A stretch of DNA of 62,188 nt from an uncultured Bacilli bacterium (lineage in GTDB: Bacteria > Bacillota_I > Bacilli_A > RF39 > UBA660). The notes under the pieces were generated by a model. It was not told where the DNA came from, did no database searches, and saw only the letters and a program-made list of their open reading frames with translations. Made by a program: the position numbers and the translations under genes. The stretch spans positions 1 through 62,188 of the forward strand of contig CANRCX010000006.1 in assembly GCA_947629235.1 (NCBI GenBank), given 5' to 3'. This document shows, one piece after another, positions 1-8,207 of this stretch (its first letter is position 1; every line of letters begins with the position of its first letter).

Positions 1-64
1 ATCCCTTTTTATGGGAATTTAATTCTATAATTTATTTTTTTACTTATATTGGGAATTTCCAATA

Positions 65-256
65 CTATTCAATCATTGCTTTATTATTTTCAAAATTAAA
101 TAAACTTGGATTATCCTTATAAATATTTTTAATAGTTTCATTATTTATATCATAATCAATTTTGTATTCAGACATACTTTTTATATTTTTAATACTAATA
201 TAGAGAAAAATTGCTAATAAAATAAATATAATTATTTTTACTATTAATTTTTTCAT
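65..256 (-). CDS. small hypothetical membrane-anchored protein
   Basis: 63-aa ORF with N-terminal hydrophobic helix; AGGTGA RBS; 4-bp overlap with the upstream ORF. Confidence 0.55.
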   Translation of the reverse strand: MKKLIVKIIIFILLAIFLYISIKNIKSMSEYKIDYDINNETIKNIYKDNPSLFNFENNKAMIE

Positions 257-819
257 ACTTTATCACCTATATACACACTAAAATGAATACTTGTTTCTAC
301 TTTAGAAAATGGAGTAAAATTTCTTTTAGATTTAGTATAAATATGAAAATAATATCTACCATCTTCTTTAACTATATCACTAATATCAGAAATAAACTCT
401 CCTTCATAAACTGTTTTACCCATTCTTTGTACCATCATTGTTTTATTTTCATCAATTACTTCTTTATAATCATAATTTCCATTTATATTATTATAACTAA
501 CTCTTTTATTAAATCTATTATACACTTCATATTCATTTACATTTAATATTATTTTATCTTCTCTATTAATTCTTGCAAATGAATCTTCAAAACTACATGA
601 ATTTTTATTACAATCATAATAATTATAATTATTAATAAATAATTTTTTATATTTAACATCTAATCTTGCTTTTAATTCTTGATTATTTATTTTAATTATA
701 AATTTATTTTGAAAGTACCTATCTTTTCCATCTATTATAAATATAAAAGAAACTATTAATACTATTATTAATAAAAAACATAACATAGGTTTAAATATAC
801 TTCTATCCATATTATTCAC
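253..819 (-). CDS. hypothetical membrane-anchored/secreted protein
   Basis: 188-aa ORF with N-terminal TM segment; no family recognised. Confidence 0.65.
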   Translation of the reverse strand: MNNMDRSIFKPMLCFLLIIVLIVSFIFIIDGKDRYFQNKFIIKINNQELKARLDVKYKKLFINNYNYYDCNKNSCSFEDSFARINREDKIILNVNEYEVYNRFNKRVSYNNINGNYDYKEVIDENKTMMVQRMGKTVYEGEFISDISDIVKEDGRYYFHIYTKSKRNFTPFSKVETSIHFSVYIGDKV

Positions 820-886
820 CTATTTTAATTTTAACATTTTAATTATAAAATAAAAAGAAATTCTTTAAATTTTATTATAAATGATA

Positions 887-1066
887 TTACTTGTGTTTAA
901 TAAATTTATTATAACCATTAATATAACCAACATCATAAAGTTTAGCCATAATTGTTTTTTCATCTATCTTTTTAAATTTTTTAATTTTATTTATTTTTTT
1001 ATCATTAATTGCATCTCTAATACCTTCATTATATCCAAGATTATATGACTTAATATATTTATACAT
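887..1066 (-). CDS. small hypothetical protein (GY..GY-type motifs at both ends)
   Basis: strong AAGGAGGTG RBS before ATG at 1066 (MYKYIKS...); YNLGYNEG and YDVGYINGY motifs. Confidence 0.6.
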   Translation of the reverse strand: MYKYIKSYNLGYNEGIRDAINDKKINKIKKFKKIDEKTIMAKLYDVGYINGYNKFIKHK

Positions 1067-1080
1067 TTTCACCTCCTTAC

Positions 1081-1120
1081 TATATAATTAGCCATAACTT
1101 TAAAAAACACTTCTTTTTTT
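1081..1120 (-). promoter_or_regulatory. conserved upstream motif AAAAAAAGAAGTGTTTT-N10/11-GGCTAATTATATA (copy 1)
   Basis: near-identical element at 30945-30985, same position relative to the RBS. Confidence 0.6.
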
Positions 1121-1129
1121 AATAAAAAA

Positions 1130-1158
1130 AATAACTAATCTATTGATTAGCTATTTTA
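1130..1158 (-). terminator. intrinsic terminator after spoIVA
   Basis: ATAACTAATC-TATT-GATTAGCTAT hairpin flanked by A/T tracts. Confidence 0.6.
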
Positions 1159-2631
1159 TAAAACTATTGCTATTAAATTATTACTTCCTTTATTAACCAT
1201 CTTAGTAATAGTTTGTGAAAGTTTATATTTAGATGTATCAGGTAATAAAGATAATTTTGCTTGTATACTTTCTTGAACAATTGCTTCTAAACTTCTTCCA
1301 AATATTTCACTTTGCCATATTTTTTCTGGATTATCTTTATCTTGCATTATATGATCAATTAATTCTTTACTTTGCATTTCACTACCAATAATAGGTTCAA
1401 AACTACTTTCTACATCTACTTTTACTAAATGAACACTTGTAGCTTTAGCTTTTAATTTTATTCCAAATCGTCCACCTTGTTTAATTATTTCAGGTTTTTC
1501 AAGTACCATATCTTTAACTCTTGGTTGAACTATTCCATATCCAGTTTGATATACTTGTTTTAATGCACCTTTAATATTTTCATATTCATTTGATCCTTCA
1601 CTTAAATCTTGGAATACTTTAATTAAATCACCTTTTGAACTTATATTTTCTCCTACTAATTCTTTTAATATATCATTATATAATTCTTCATTTGCTTCAA
1701 GTGTTATAGTTACTTCGCTATTATCTGTATCTAATGAGCTTATATATGCTTTTGTTATTTCTTCATTATCTTCTAAACTTAAATTAATGTTTTCAGCATC
1801 TCTTAATTTATCTACATTAGTAATTGATTCTTTCATTTTATTAATAAATTTTTGTTTTAATGGGTGTGCTGCACTTAATACTCCTACCCAATCTGGTATA
1901 TTAAATTCAATATGATCAATTGGAAATTCATAAAGAGCTTCTTTTAATATTGTAATAATATCATCTAAAGTCATATTTTCTACACTAATTGGAAGTACTG
2001 GAACACTATATTTTTCTTTCATACTATTAACAAGATTAGTTGTTTCAAAACTATTTGGATGTGTTGAATTCATAATAACTATAAATGGTTTATTAATAGT
2101 TTTAAGTTCATTAATAACTTTTTCTTCAGTTTCAACATAATTACTTCTAGATAATTCCCCAATAGATCCATCTGTAGTAACAACTATTCCAATAGTAGCA
2201 TGATCTTTAATAACTTTTTCTGTTCCAATTTCAGCAGCTTCTACAAATGGAAGTTCTTCTGTAAACCATGGAGTTTTAACCATTCTTGGATTTCCAAGTT
2301 CATCTTGATAACCTATTGCTTCTGGTGTTACAAATCCTACACAATCAACTAATTTTATATTTGTTGTAAGTCCATCTATATTTATATTAGCACCATTACT
2401 TGGAACAAATTTAGGTTCAATTGTCATAATTGTTTTACCAGATGCAGTTTGAGGTATTTCATCCATACATCTTTTCTTTTCCATTTCATCATCCATATAA
2501 GGAAGTATTAATGTTTCAATACATTTTTTAATAAATGTACTTTTACCTGTTCTAACAGCACCAACTACTCCTAAATATATTTCTCCACCTGATTTTTTAC
2601 CAAGACTTTGTAAAATTTGTGTTTTATCCAT
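1156..2631 (-). CDS. spoIVA: stage IV sporulation protein A (spore coat ATPase)
   Basis: IYLGVVGAVRTGKSTFIK Walker A, MTIEPKFVP, RMVKTPWF, IWQSEIFGRSL; start MDKTQ at 2631 gives 491 aa. Confidence 0.97.
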   Translation of the reverse strand: MDKTQILQSLGKKSGGEIYLGVVGAVRTGKSTFIKKCIETLILPYMDDEMEKKRCMDEIPQTASGKTIMTIEPKFVPSNGANINIDGLTTNIKLVDCVGFVTPEAIGYQDELGNPRMVKTPWFTEELPFVEAAEIGTEKVIKDHATIGIVVTTDGSIGELSRSNYVETEEKVINELKTINKPFIVIMNSTHPNSFETTNLVNSMKEKYSVPVLPISVENMTLDDIITILKEALYEFPIDHIEFNIPDWVGVLSAAHPLKQKFINKMKESITNVDKLRDAENINLSLEDNEEITKAYISSLDTDNSEVTITLEANEELYNDILKELVGENISSKGDLIKVFQDLSEGSNEYENIKGALKQVYQTGYGIVQPRVKDMVLEKPEIIKQGGRFGIKLKAKATSVHLVKVDVESSFEPIIGSEMQSKELIDHIMQDKDNPEKIWQSEIFGRSLEAIVQESIQAKLSLLPDTSKYKLSQTITKMVNKGSNNLIAIVL

Positions 2632-2660
2632 AATAACCCTCTTTCTAGCCATTTAGTAAT

Positions 2661-2688
2661 ATTTATGTATTTAAAAACTATTTATGAC
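2661..2688 (-). promoter_or_regulatory. putative sigma-E promoter of spoIVA
   Basis: gTCATAAA...CATAAAT resembles the Bacillus sigE consensus; spoIVA is sigE-dependent in B. subtilis. Confidence 0.55.
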
Positions 2689-2714
2689 AAAAAAAAGAAA
2701 TTACTATGTAATTC

Positions 2715-3173
2715 CTAATTTAATTTTTCTTTAACTATTGTATTTACGAATTTCATATCAGCTTTACCTTTAAATATAGGAGTTAATTCTTTCATAATTA
2801 ATCCCATATCTTTAATAGATGTAGGTTTTACTTTATCAAATACTTTATCAATTTCATTTCTTATTTCTTCTTCTGATAATTGTTCTGGTAAATATTTACT
2901 TAATAATTCTATTTCTCTATTAAGTCCATCTATTAAATCTTGTCTATTGCCTTTTTTAAATTCTTCAATACTTTCTTTATGAGTCTTTACTTGTTTGCTA
3001 ACAACTTCAATTACTACTTCATCAGATGCATCATGTCTATCCATTTTATTATTAATTAAATATAAGTCAATAGCAGACTTTAATAATCTTAAAGTACTAA
3101 CTGTGTCTTTATCTTTAGCTTTCATAGCTTCAACCATATCTTTTGATATTTTATCGTATAACACAAGTATCAC
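2715..3173 (-). CDS. yqeY: GatB/YqeY domain protein
   Basis: AMKAKDK..LRLLKSAI, YLPEQLSEEE, KDMGLIMK, GKADM; follows rpsU. Confidence 0.93.
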   Translation of the reverse strand: MILVLYDKISKDMVEAMKAKDKDTVSTLRLLKSAIDLYLINNKMDRHDASDEVVIEVVSKQVKTHKESIEEFKKGNRQDLIDGLNREIELLSKYLPEQLSEEEIRNEIDKVFDKVKPTSIKDMGLIMKELTPIFKGKADMKFVNTIVKEKLN

Positions 3174-3181
3174 TCCTTTTA

Positions 3182-3373
3182 TTAATATCTTTGTTTATTA
3201 TGTTTTTTAGCATTTCTTATAGCTTCTTTTTTAGCTTCTCTTCTAACAATTCCTGGTTTTGAGTATTCTCTTCTTTTTTTCATTTCAGTAGGGATTCCGC
3301 TTCTTTGAACTTTCATTTTAAAACGTTTTAATGCACCCTCAACATTACCATCTTTAACTTCTACGCGTGTCAT
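3182..3373 (-). CDS. rpsU: 30S ribosomal protein S21
   Basis: ALKRFK..V...G...E.KKRREYSKPG; start MTRVEV after a GGGAGGG RBS. Confidence 0.95.
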   Translation of the reverse strand: MTRVEVKDGNVEGALKRFKMKVQRSGIPTEMKKRREYSKPGIVRREAKKEAIRNAKKHNKQRY

Positions 3374-3478
3374 TATTTCTTCCCTCCCTTCATGACTATA
3401 GATAATTATATTACAAAATTTGTCGAATTTCAAGTAATTTAGTAGAAAAATAAAAATCTTTCATATAAAATGAAAGAT

Positions 3479-3697
3479 TTATTTTAGTTTTAAAACAGGT
3501 CCCTTTTCTTCGTGCTTATCATCAAATTGTACTTTAGCTCGTCCACTATCATCTAATGAACCAAAATGATCAACTCCATATTTACTAAAGTACTCTTCTC
3601 TTTTACTTTGGATTTCTGATAAAAGATCAACAAATCTTATATCTGAAAGAAATCTGTTGTCATAAAAGATAATACTATTGTCAAGATCCTTAACCAT
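3479..3697 (-). CDS. hypothetical protein (C-terminus GPVLKLK)
   Basis: AAGGAGG RBS, TGnTATAAT -10, own terminator hairpin at 3454-3481. Confidence 0.7.
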   Translation of the reverse strand: MVKDLDNSIIFYDNRFLSDIRFVDLLSEIQSKREEYFSKYGVDHFGSLDDSGRAKVQFDDKHEEKGPVLKLK

Positions 3698-3772
3698 GGT
3701 ATCATCCTCCTTATGATTAGATTATATCAAAGATTTAAATAAAATTCATTATATTTTCACTAAATTTACATA

Positions 3773-4138
3773 TTAATGTTTTAATACTAATTTATTATTT
3801 TTTCCATATAAGACATTATTTGTTTCTTCTTTTAATTCTTCCATCATTTCTACATAAGGTGGAAGTGGTTTTGTAAGTGAAGTATTAATTGCATAAAATA
3901 GCCATTGCCATTCATCATATAAATCTCTATCACGAGATTCAAGCATATTTAATTTTCTATGACTACTTTTAGTAAGTAAAGCACCATTTGAAACAGATGT
4001 TTCACCTTGAGCTCTTTTAATTATATGATGATATGTTAATGGATTTGTACTTGTAATTGGAGTACCCATCCAATCATAGCCATCTGGTTTATATATTCTA
4101 ATCATTTTATTTAATACATCTTGTTCCATATTGTTCAT
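3773..4138 (-). CDS. HNH-like (beta-beta-alpha-Me) nuclease-domain protein
   Basis: LTYHHIIKRAQG.TSVSNGALL...SHRKLN fits HNH spacing; no CxxC pairs; start placed after the AGAGGTG RBS. Confidence 0.6.
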   Translation of the reverse strand: MNNMEQDVLNKMIRIYKPDGYDWMGTPITSTNPLTYHHIIKRAQGETSVSNGALLTKSSHRKLNMLESRDRDLYDEWQWLFYAINTSLTKPLPPYVEMMEELKEETNNVLYGKNNKLVLKH

Positions 4139-4205
4139 TATTCTCACCTCTTTTTAAGTAAGCTATATTATACTACAAAAGACTAAAAAAAGCAACTTGC
4201 GTTGC

Positions 4206-5078
4206 TTATTTGATTTGACTCATTACTTCTTCAGCAAAGTTTTCTTGTCTCTTTTCCATTCCTTCGCCTACTTCGTATTTAACAAGTTTATTAAGTTTAG
4301 ATTTATTATTTTCTAAATATCCTTTAACACTAACATTAGAATCTTTAATAAATGCTTGTTCTTCTAAAACAGTTTCTTCATAGAATTTTCTAATTCTTCC
4401 TTCTACTATTTTATCAGCAAATTCAGGTTTTTTACCTTCATTAATAACTTGTTCTTTAATTACAGATTTTTCATGTTCTAAATCTTCTTCTGGTACACTT
4501 TCAATATTTGTATAAAGTGGTCTCATAGCTGCTGCTTGCATTGCTACATCTTTAGCTACTTCTTCATTATCACCTTCTACAACTGTTAATGAAGCAATTT
4601 TACCACCCATATGTAAATATGTTCCAAATACTTCATTATCTGATTTAGTAACTTTTTCAAATCTTCTTAAACTAATTTTTTCACCAATTTTAGCAGTGGC
4701 ATTTACTATTAAATCATTAATAGTATCACTTCCACATTTTAAATTTAATGCACTTTCCATATCTTTAGCATCACTATCTAAAATAGTATTTCCTATTTTA
4801 TCTAATAATTCTTTGAATTCTGCATTTTTAGCAACAAAATCAGTTTCTGCATTTAATTCTAAAACTACAGCATCATTACCTTTTACATATATATTAGCAA
4901 GTCCTTCTGCTGCAATTCTTTCTGCTTTTTTAGCAGCTTTAGAAATACCTTTTTCTCTTAAATAATCGATTGCTTTGTCCATGTCTCCATTACTTTCAAC
5001 AAGGGCTTTTTTACAATCCATCATTCCAGCTCCAGTTCTTTCTCTTAAGTCTTTTACCATACTTGCACTAATTTCCAT
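4206..5078 (-). CDS. tsf: elongation factor Ts
   Basis: LRERTGAGMMDCKKAL, ETDFVAKN, GEKISLRRF. Confidence 0.99.
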   Translation of the reverse strand: MEISASMVKDLRERTGAGMMDCKKALVESNGDMDKAIDYLREKGISKAAKKAERIAAEGLANIYVKGNDAVVLELNAETDFVAKNAEFKELLDKIGNTILDSDAKDMESALNLKCGSDTINDLIVNATAKIGEKISLRRFEKVTKSDNEVFGTYLHMGGKIASLTVVEGDNEEVAKDVAMQAAAMRPLYTNIESVPEEDLEHEKSVIKEQVINEGKKPEFADKIVEGRIRKFYEETVLEEQAFIKDSNVSVKGYLENNKSKLNKLVKYEVGEGMEKRQENFAEEVMSQIK

Positions 5079-5090
5079 AATATTTGCCTC

Positions 5091-6074
5091 CTAATTTAAT
5101 GATGAAATTAATTCATCTTTTTTCATAGTTGAATATCCAGAAATACCTTTTTCTTTAGCAAGTTTCTTAAGTTCAGAAACTGTCATAGAACTATAATCTA
5201 CTTTTTCTTCTTTTTTAGTAGTTTTTTCTTCTTTTACTTCTTTTTTAGTTTCTACTTTTTCTTCTTTTTTTGCTTTTTTAGCAGGTTTTTCTTCTTCACT
5301 AAAATCATCTAATTCAACAACTTTAGTTTCAACTTTAATCTCTTTTACTTGTTTTTCAGTATTTTCATCTTCAGTAACATAATCTACAAGTGGTAGATTA
5401 TTAGCTTCACATACAGCATTAGCTAAAACTCCAAGTACAACTTTAACACTTCTTACAGCATCATCATTTGCTGGAATTGGAAAGTCTACATCATCTGGAT
5501 CACAGTTAGTATCAACTATTCCAAATACTGGAATTCTAAGTTTACGTGCTTCATGAATAGCATTTGCTTCTACTCTTGGATCTACTACAATGATAGCTTT
5601 TGGTAATTGTTCCATACCTCTAATACCACAAAGAAGTTTATTTAATTTATCATATTCTTTTTGAATTTTAGCAACTTCTTTTTTAGGTAAAAGTTCAAAC
5701 TTACCAGTTTCTTCCATTTTTTCGATTTGAGCTAATCTTTTTACTCTATCTCTAATTGTTCTAAAATTAGTTAAAGTACCTCCTAGCCATCTTTCTGTTA
5801 CATAAAAACTATTACATCTTGTTGCTTCTTCGATACTAGCTTCTTTAGCTTGTTTCTTAGTACCAACAAATAGAACCTTACCACCATTTTCACATGCTTT
5901 AAGAAGTTCAGCGTAAGCTTCTTCGATTTTATCAACAGTTTTTTGTAAATCGATAATATGAATGTCATCTCTTGTAGTAAAAATAAATTCTTTCATTTTT
6001 GGATTCCATCTTTTAGCTTGATGACCAAAATGAACACCTGCTTCTAATAAATAACTTTTTGCAATTACTGCCAT
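5091..6074 (-). CDS. rpsB: 30S ribosomal protein S2 with Lys/Glu-rich linker and C-terminal Rho_N-like helical domain
   Basis: [36 protein letters not shown]; tail [27 protein letters not shown]. Confidence 0.98.
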   Translation of the reverse strand: MAVIAKSYLLEAGVHFGHQAKRWNPKMKEFIFTTRDDIHIIDLQKTVDKIEEAYAELLKACENGGKVLFVGTKKQAKEASIEEATRCNSFYVTERWLGGTLTNFRTIRDRVKRLAQIEKMEETGKFELLPKKEVAKIQKEYDKLNKLLCGIRGMEQLPKAIIVVDPRVEANAIHEARKLRIPVFGIVDTNCDPDDVDFPIPANDDAVRSVKVVLGVLANAVCEANNLPLVDYVTEDENTEKQVKEIKVETKVVELDDFSEEEKPAKKAKKEEKVETKKEVKEEKTTKKEEKVDYSSMTVSELKKLAKEKGISGYSTMKKDELISSLN

Positions 6075-6084
6075 ATTTTTCTCT

Positions 6085-6190
6085 CCTTTCGTTAATTCTT
6101 CTGCTTATCTTTAAATTAATATTCACCTAAATTATATTTATTTAGGCACTAGAATATTAAATCAATAAGCATGTTTTTTTCTTAAAGCAT
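6085..6190 (-). promoter_or_regulatory. possible structured rpsB leader (S2 autoregulation)
   Basis: CCTAAAT/ATTTAGG and TTAATATTC/GAATATTAA stems in the 5' UTR; rpsB leaders are known in other bacteria. Confidence 0.35.
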
Positions 6191-6251
6191 ACATATTTTA
6201 ACATAAATTTATATAAAAAAAAAGATATTTTTATATTTTTTATATCTTTTT

Positions 6252-7550
6252 TTAAACAAAACATGAAATATCAAATTCAAACATATTTCCAATTACTCTT
6301 GCAAGTAATGGAAGTAAGAATATAAGAGCTAGTATAATTGCCATATAAGTACATTTCTTTGCTGCTTTTTTAAGAGCATCTTGATCTTTAGAAATAACAG
6401 CTGGAACTAATGAAATCATACCATTTACTATTGCTATTATTGCTCCAATAATTTTTACTGTATCTATTGCAAATTTAACTAATTTAGTAAGATTTTCTCC
6501 TAATAATTCAGAACAATTCATTTGTTCAGTTGATATATTAATATCAGGAGCACCCACTGCACTTCCAGTATAACTAGAATCAACTTTTTGTTGTTCTCCA
6601 GTTGTAGAACCAACAGATTGAATTAAACAATCATGGTTACTTTCTGAATTATCATATTTATCTTTACTAACAACTGAAACATTAAGTTCACTAGTGACAG
6701 TTAAATCTCCACCAGAAGAACCCCTACTACAATTTAATAAAGGGCATGAAAGTTTACCATCTTTATCTTTAAAATCAGATGCTTCCATATTTTTAAGATT
6801 AACCATAGTTAAACCTGAATCATTTAATCTATATACAATTTTATTATTTTCTAAATCATAAGTAAAAGTTATAGCATTATATGTACAAACATATTGCTTT
6901 GATGGATCTATTTTATCTTTTTCACTTGCACTTTTATTTGAATAAGAATAAACATTAGCACTTTTATTTGCATTAGTTAATAATGGATATTTTGCATTAT
7001 TTAAATACAAAACATTTTCATAATTCCATCCACCACACGTTTTTGCATTATTAGAATCTATTACATGTTTACCAGTTGAATCTGTTGGTTGTGGATTATC
7101 CCAATCAATATTTACACATTTATAACCTTCAGTTGTAAGAAAATCTTTTCTAGTTAAATTATTAGTACATTTTTTAAAAGTACTACCACTAGTAACAGCA
7201 GAATTAGATGTACTATTAACATTAAAATTTTTCATACTATCATCATGATAGAAACTATAAGAGAAATTTCCTTTTCTTGCAATTGGATAATATTCTAAAC
7301 TAGCATTTTCATCCAAAGGAACTCCAAAGGCATAAACATATCTTTGACAACTATCACTAGTCCAACTAGAACAATTTGCTTCATAACTATATACACAAAA
7401 TGCAGCATATTTATTAGTATCAGACATTTTTTTACCCCAAGCAGCTATATCAGATTTAGATAAATTTGAATTTACATCTTTTGCATAAATATTATTTATA
7501 AACAAAAATGAAAGAATAAATAAAAAAGAAAACTTTAAGTATTTTTTCAT
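6252..7550 (-). CDS. Cys-rich exported protein with C-terminal VirB2/TrbC-like pilin hairpin
   Basis: signal peptide MKKYLK...NIYA; many Cys; C-terminal two TM helices joined by KDQDALKKAAKK. Confidence 0.6.
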   Translation of the reverse strand: MKKYLKFSFLFILSFLFINNIYAKDVNSNLSKSDIAAWGKKMSDTNKYAAFCVYSYEANCSSWTSDSCQRYVYAFGVPLDENASLEYYPIARKGNFSYSFYHDDSMKNFNVNSTSNSAVTSGSTFKKCTNNLTRKDFLTTEGYKCVNIDWDNPQPTDSTGKHVIDSNNAKTCGGWNYENVLYLNNAKYPLLTNANKSANVYSYSNKSASEKDKIDPSKQYVCTYNAITFTYDLENNKIVYRLNDSGLTMVNLKNMEASDFKDKDGKLSCPLLNCSRGSSGGDLTVTSELNVSVVSKDKYDNSESNHDCLIQSVGSTTGEQQKVDSSYTGSAVGAPDINISTEQMNCSELLGENLTKLVKFAIDTVKIIGAIIAIVNGMISLVPAVISKDQDALKKAAKKCTYMAIILALIFLLPLLARVIGNMFEFDISCFV

Positions 7551-7659
7551 AAGTACTTCCTCTCTTTCATACATATAATAACACAAAAATAAAAAAATAA
7601 AAATACACTTTACAATAAATTTTATCTATTAATAGATATTTTATTTTAAATATAGTATA

Positions 7660-8205
7660 ATGATAATGGTGATTTATGTGAAAAACGATTCATATAAGAA
7701 CAGAGGTATGTTTCTTGAAACAATAATTAATGAATCAAATGAATACTATAATAGCATTGATAAATCATTAATATATAAGAAACCTACTCCTATAAAAGTA
7801 CTTAATGTAACTTATCCTAATAATAAATCACATTTAATTGATAAAGCTGTATATTCTAGTATATCAACTCTTGATTATAATGGAATATATAGAGGTAAAT
7901 ATATTGAATTTGATGCTAAAGAATGTCATAGTAAAACTTCTTTTCCACTTTCTAATATAAAACCACATCAATTAGAACATATTAAAAAAGTTATATTTCA
8001 AAAAGGAATAGTTTTCTTAATTATATTTATGAATAATGAATTTTTTTTACTTAAAGGTGAAGATATAATAGATTTTATAAATAATAATGATAGAAAATCA
8101 ATTGATTTTGAATATTTAAAACAATATGGCTATAAAATAAATGAAAGTTATTTACCAAGACTAAAATATTTAGATGAGGTAGATAAAGCATATTTTAAGG
8201 AGTAA
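7660..8205 (+). CDS. recU: Holliday junction resolvase RecU
   Basis: NRGMFLE, KKPTPI, DYNGIYRGKYIEFDAKE, NIKPHQ; precedes ponA; true start may be a few codons downstream. Confidence 0.97.
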   Translation: MIMVIYVKNDSYKNRGMFLETIINESNEYYNSIDKSLIYKKPTPIKVLNVTYPNNKSHLIDKAVYSSISTLDYNGIYRGKYIEFDAKECHSKTSFPLSNIKPHQLEHIKKVIFQKGIVFLIIFMNNEFFLLKGEDIIDFINNNDRKSIDFEYLKQYGYKINESYLPRLKYLDEVDKAYFKE

Positions 8206-8207
8206 AA

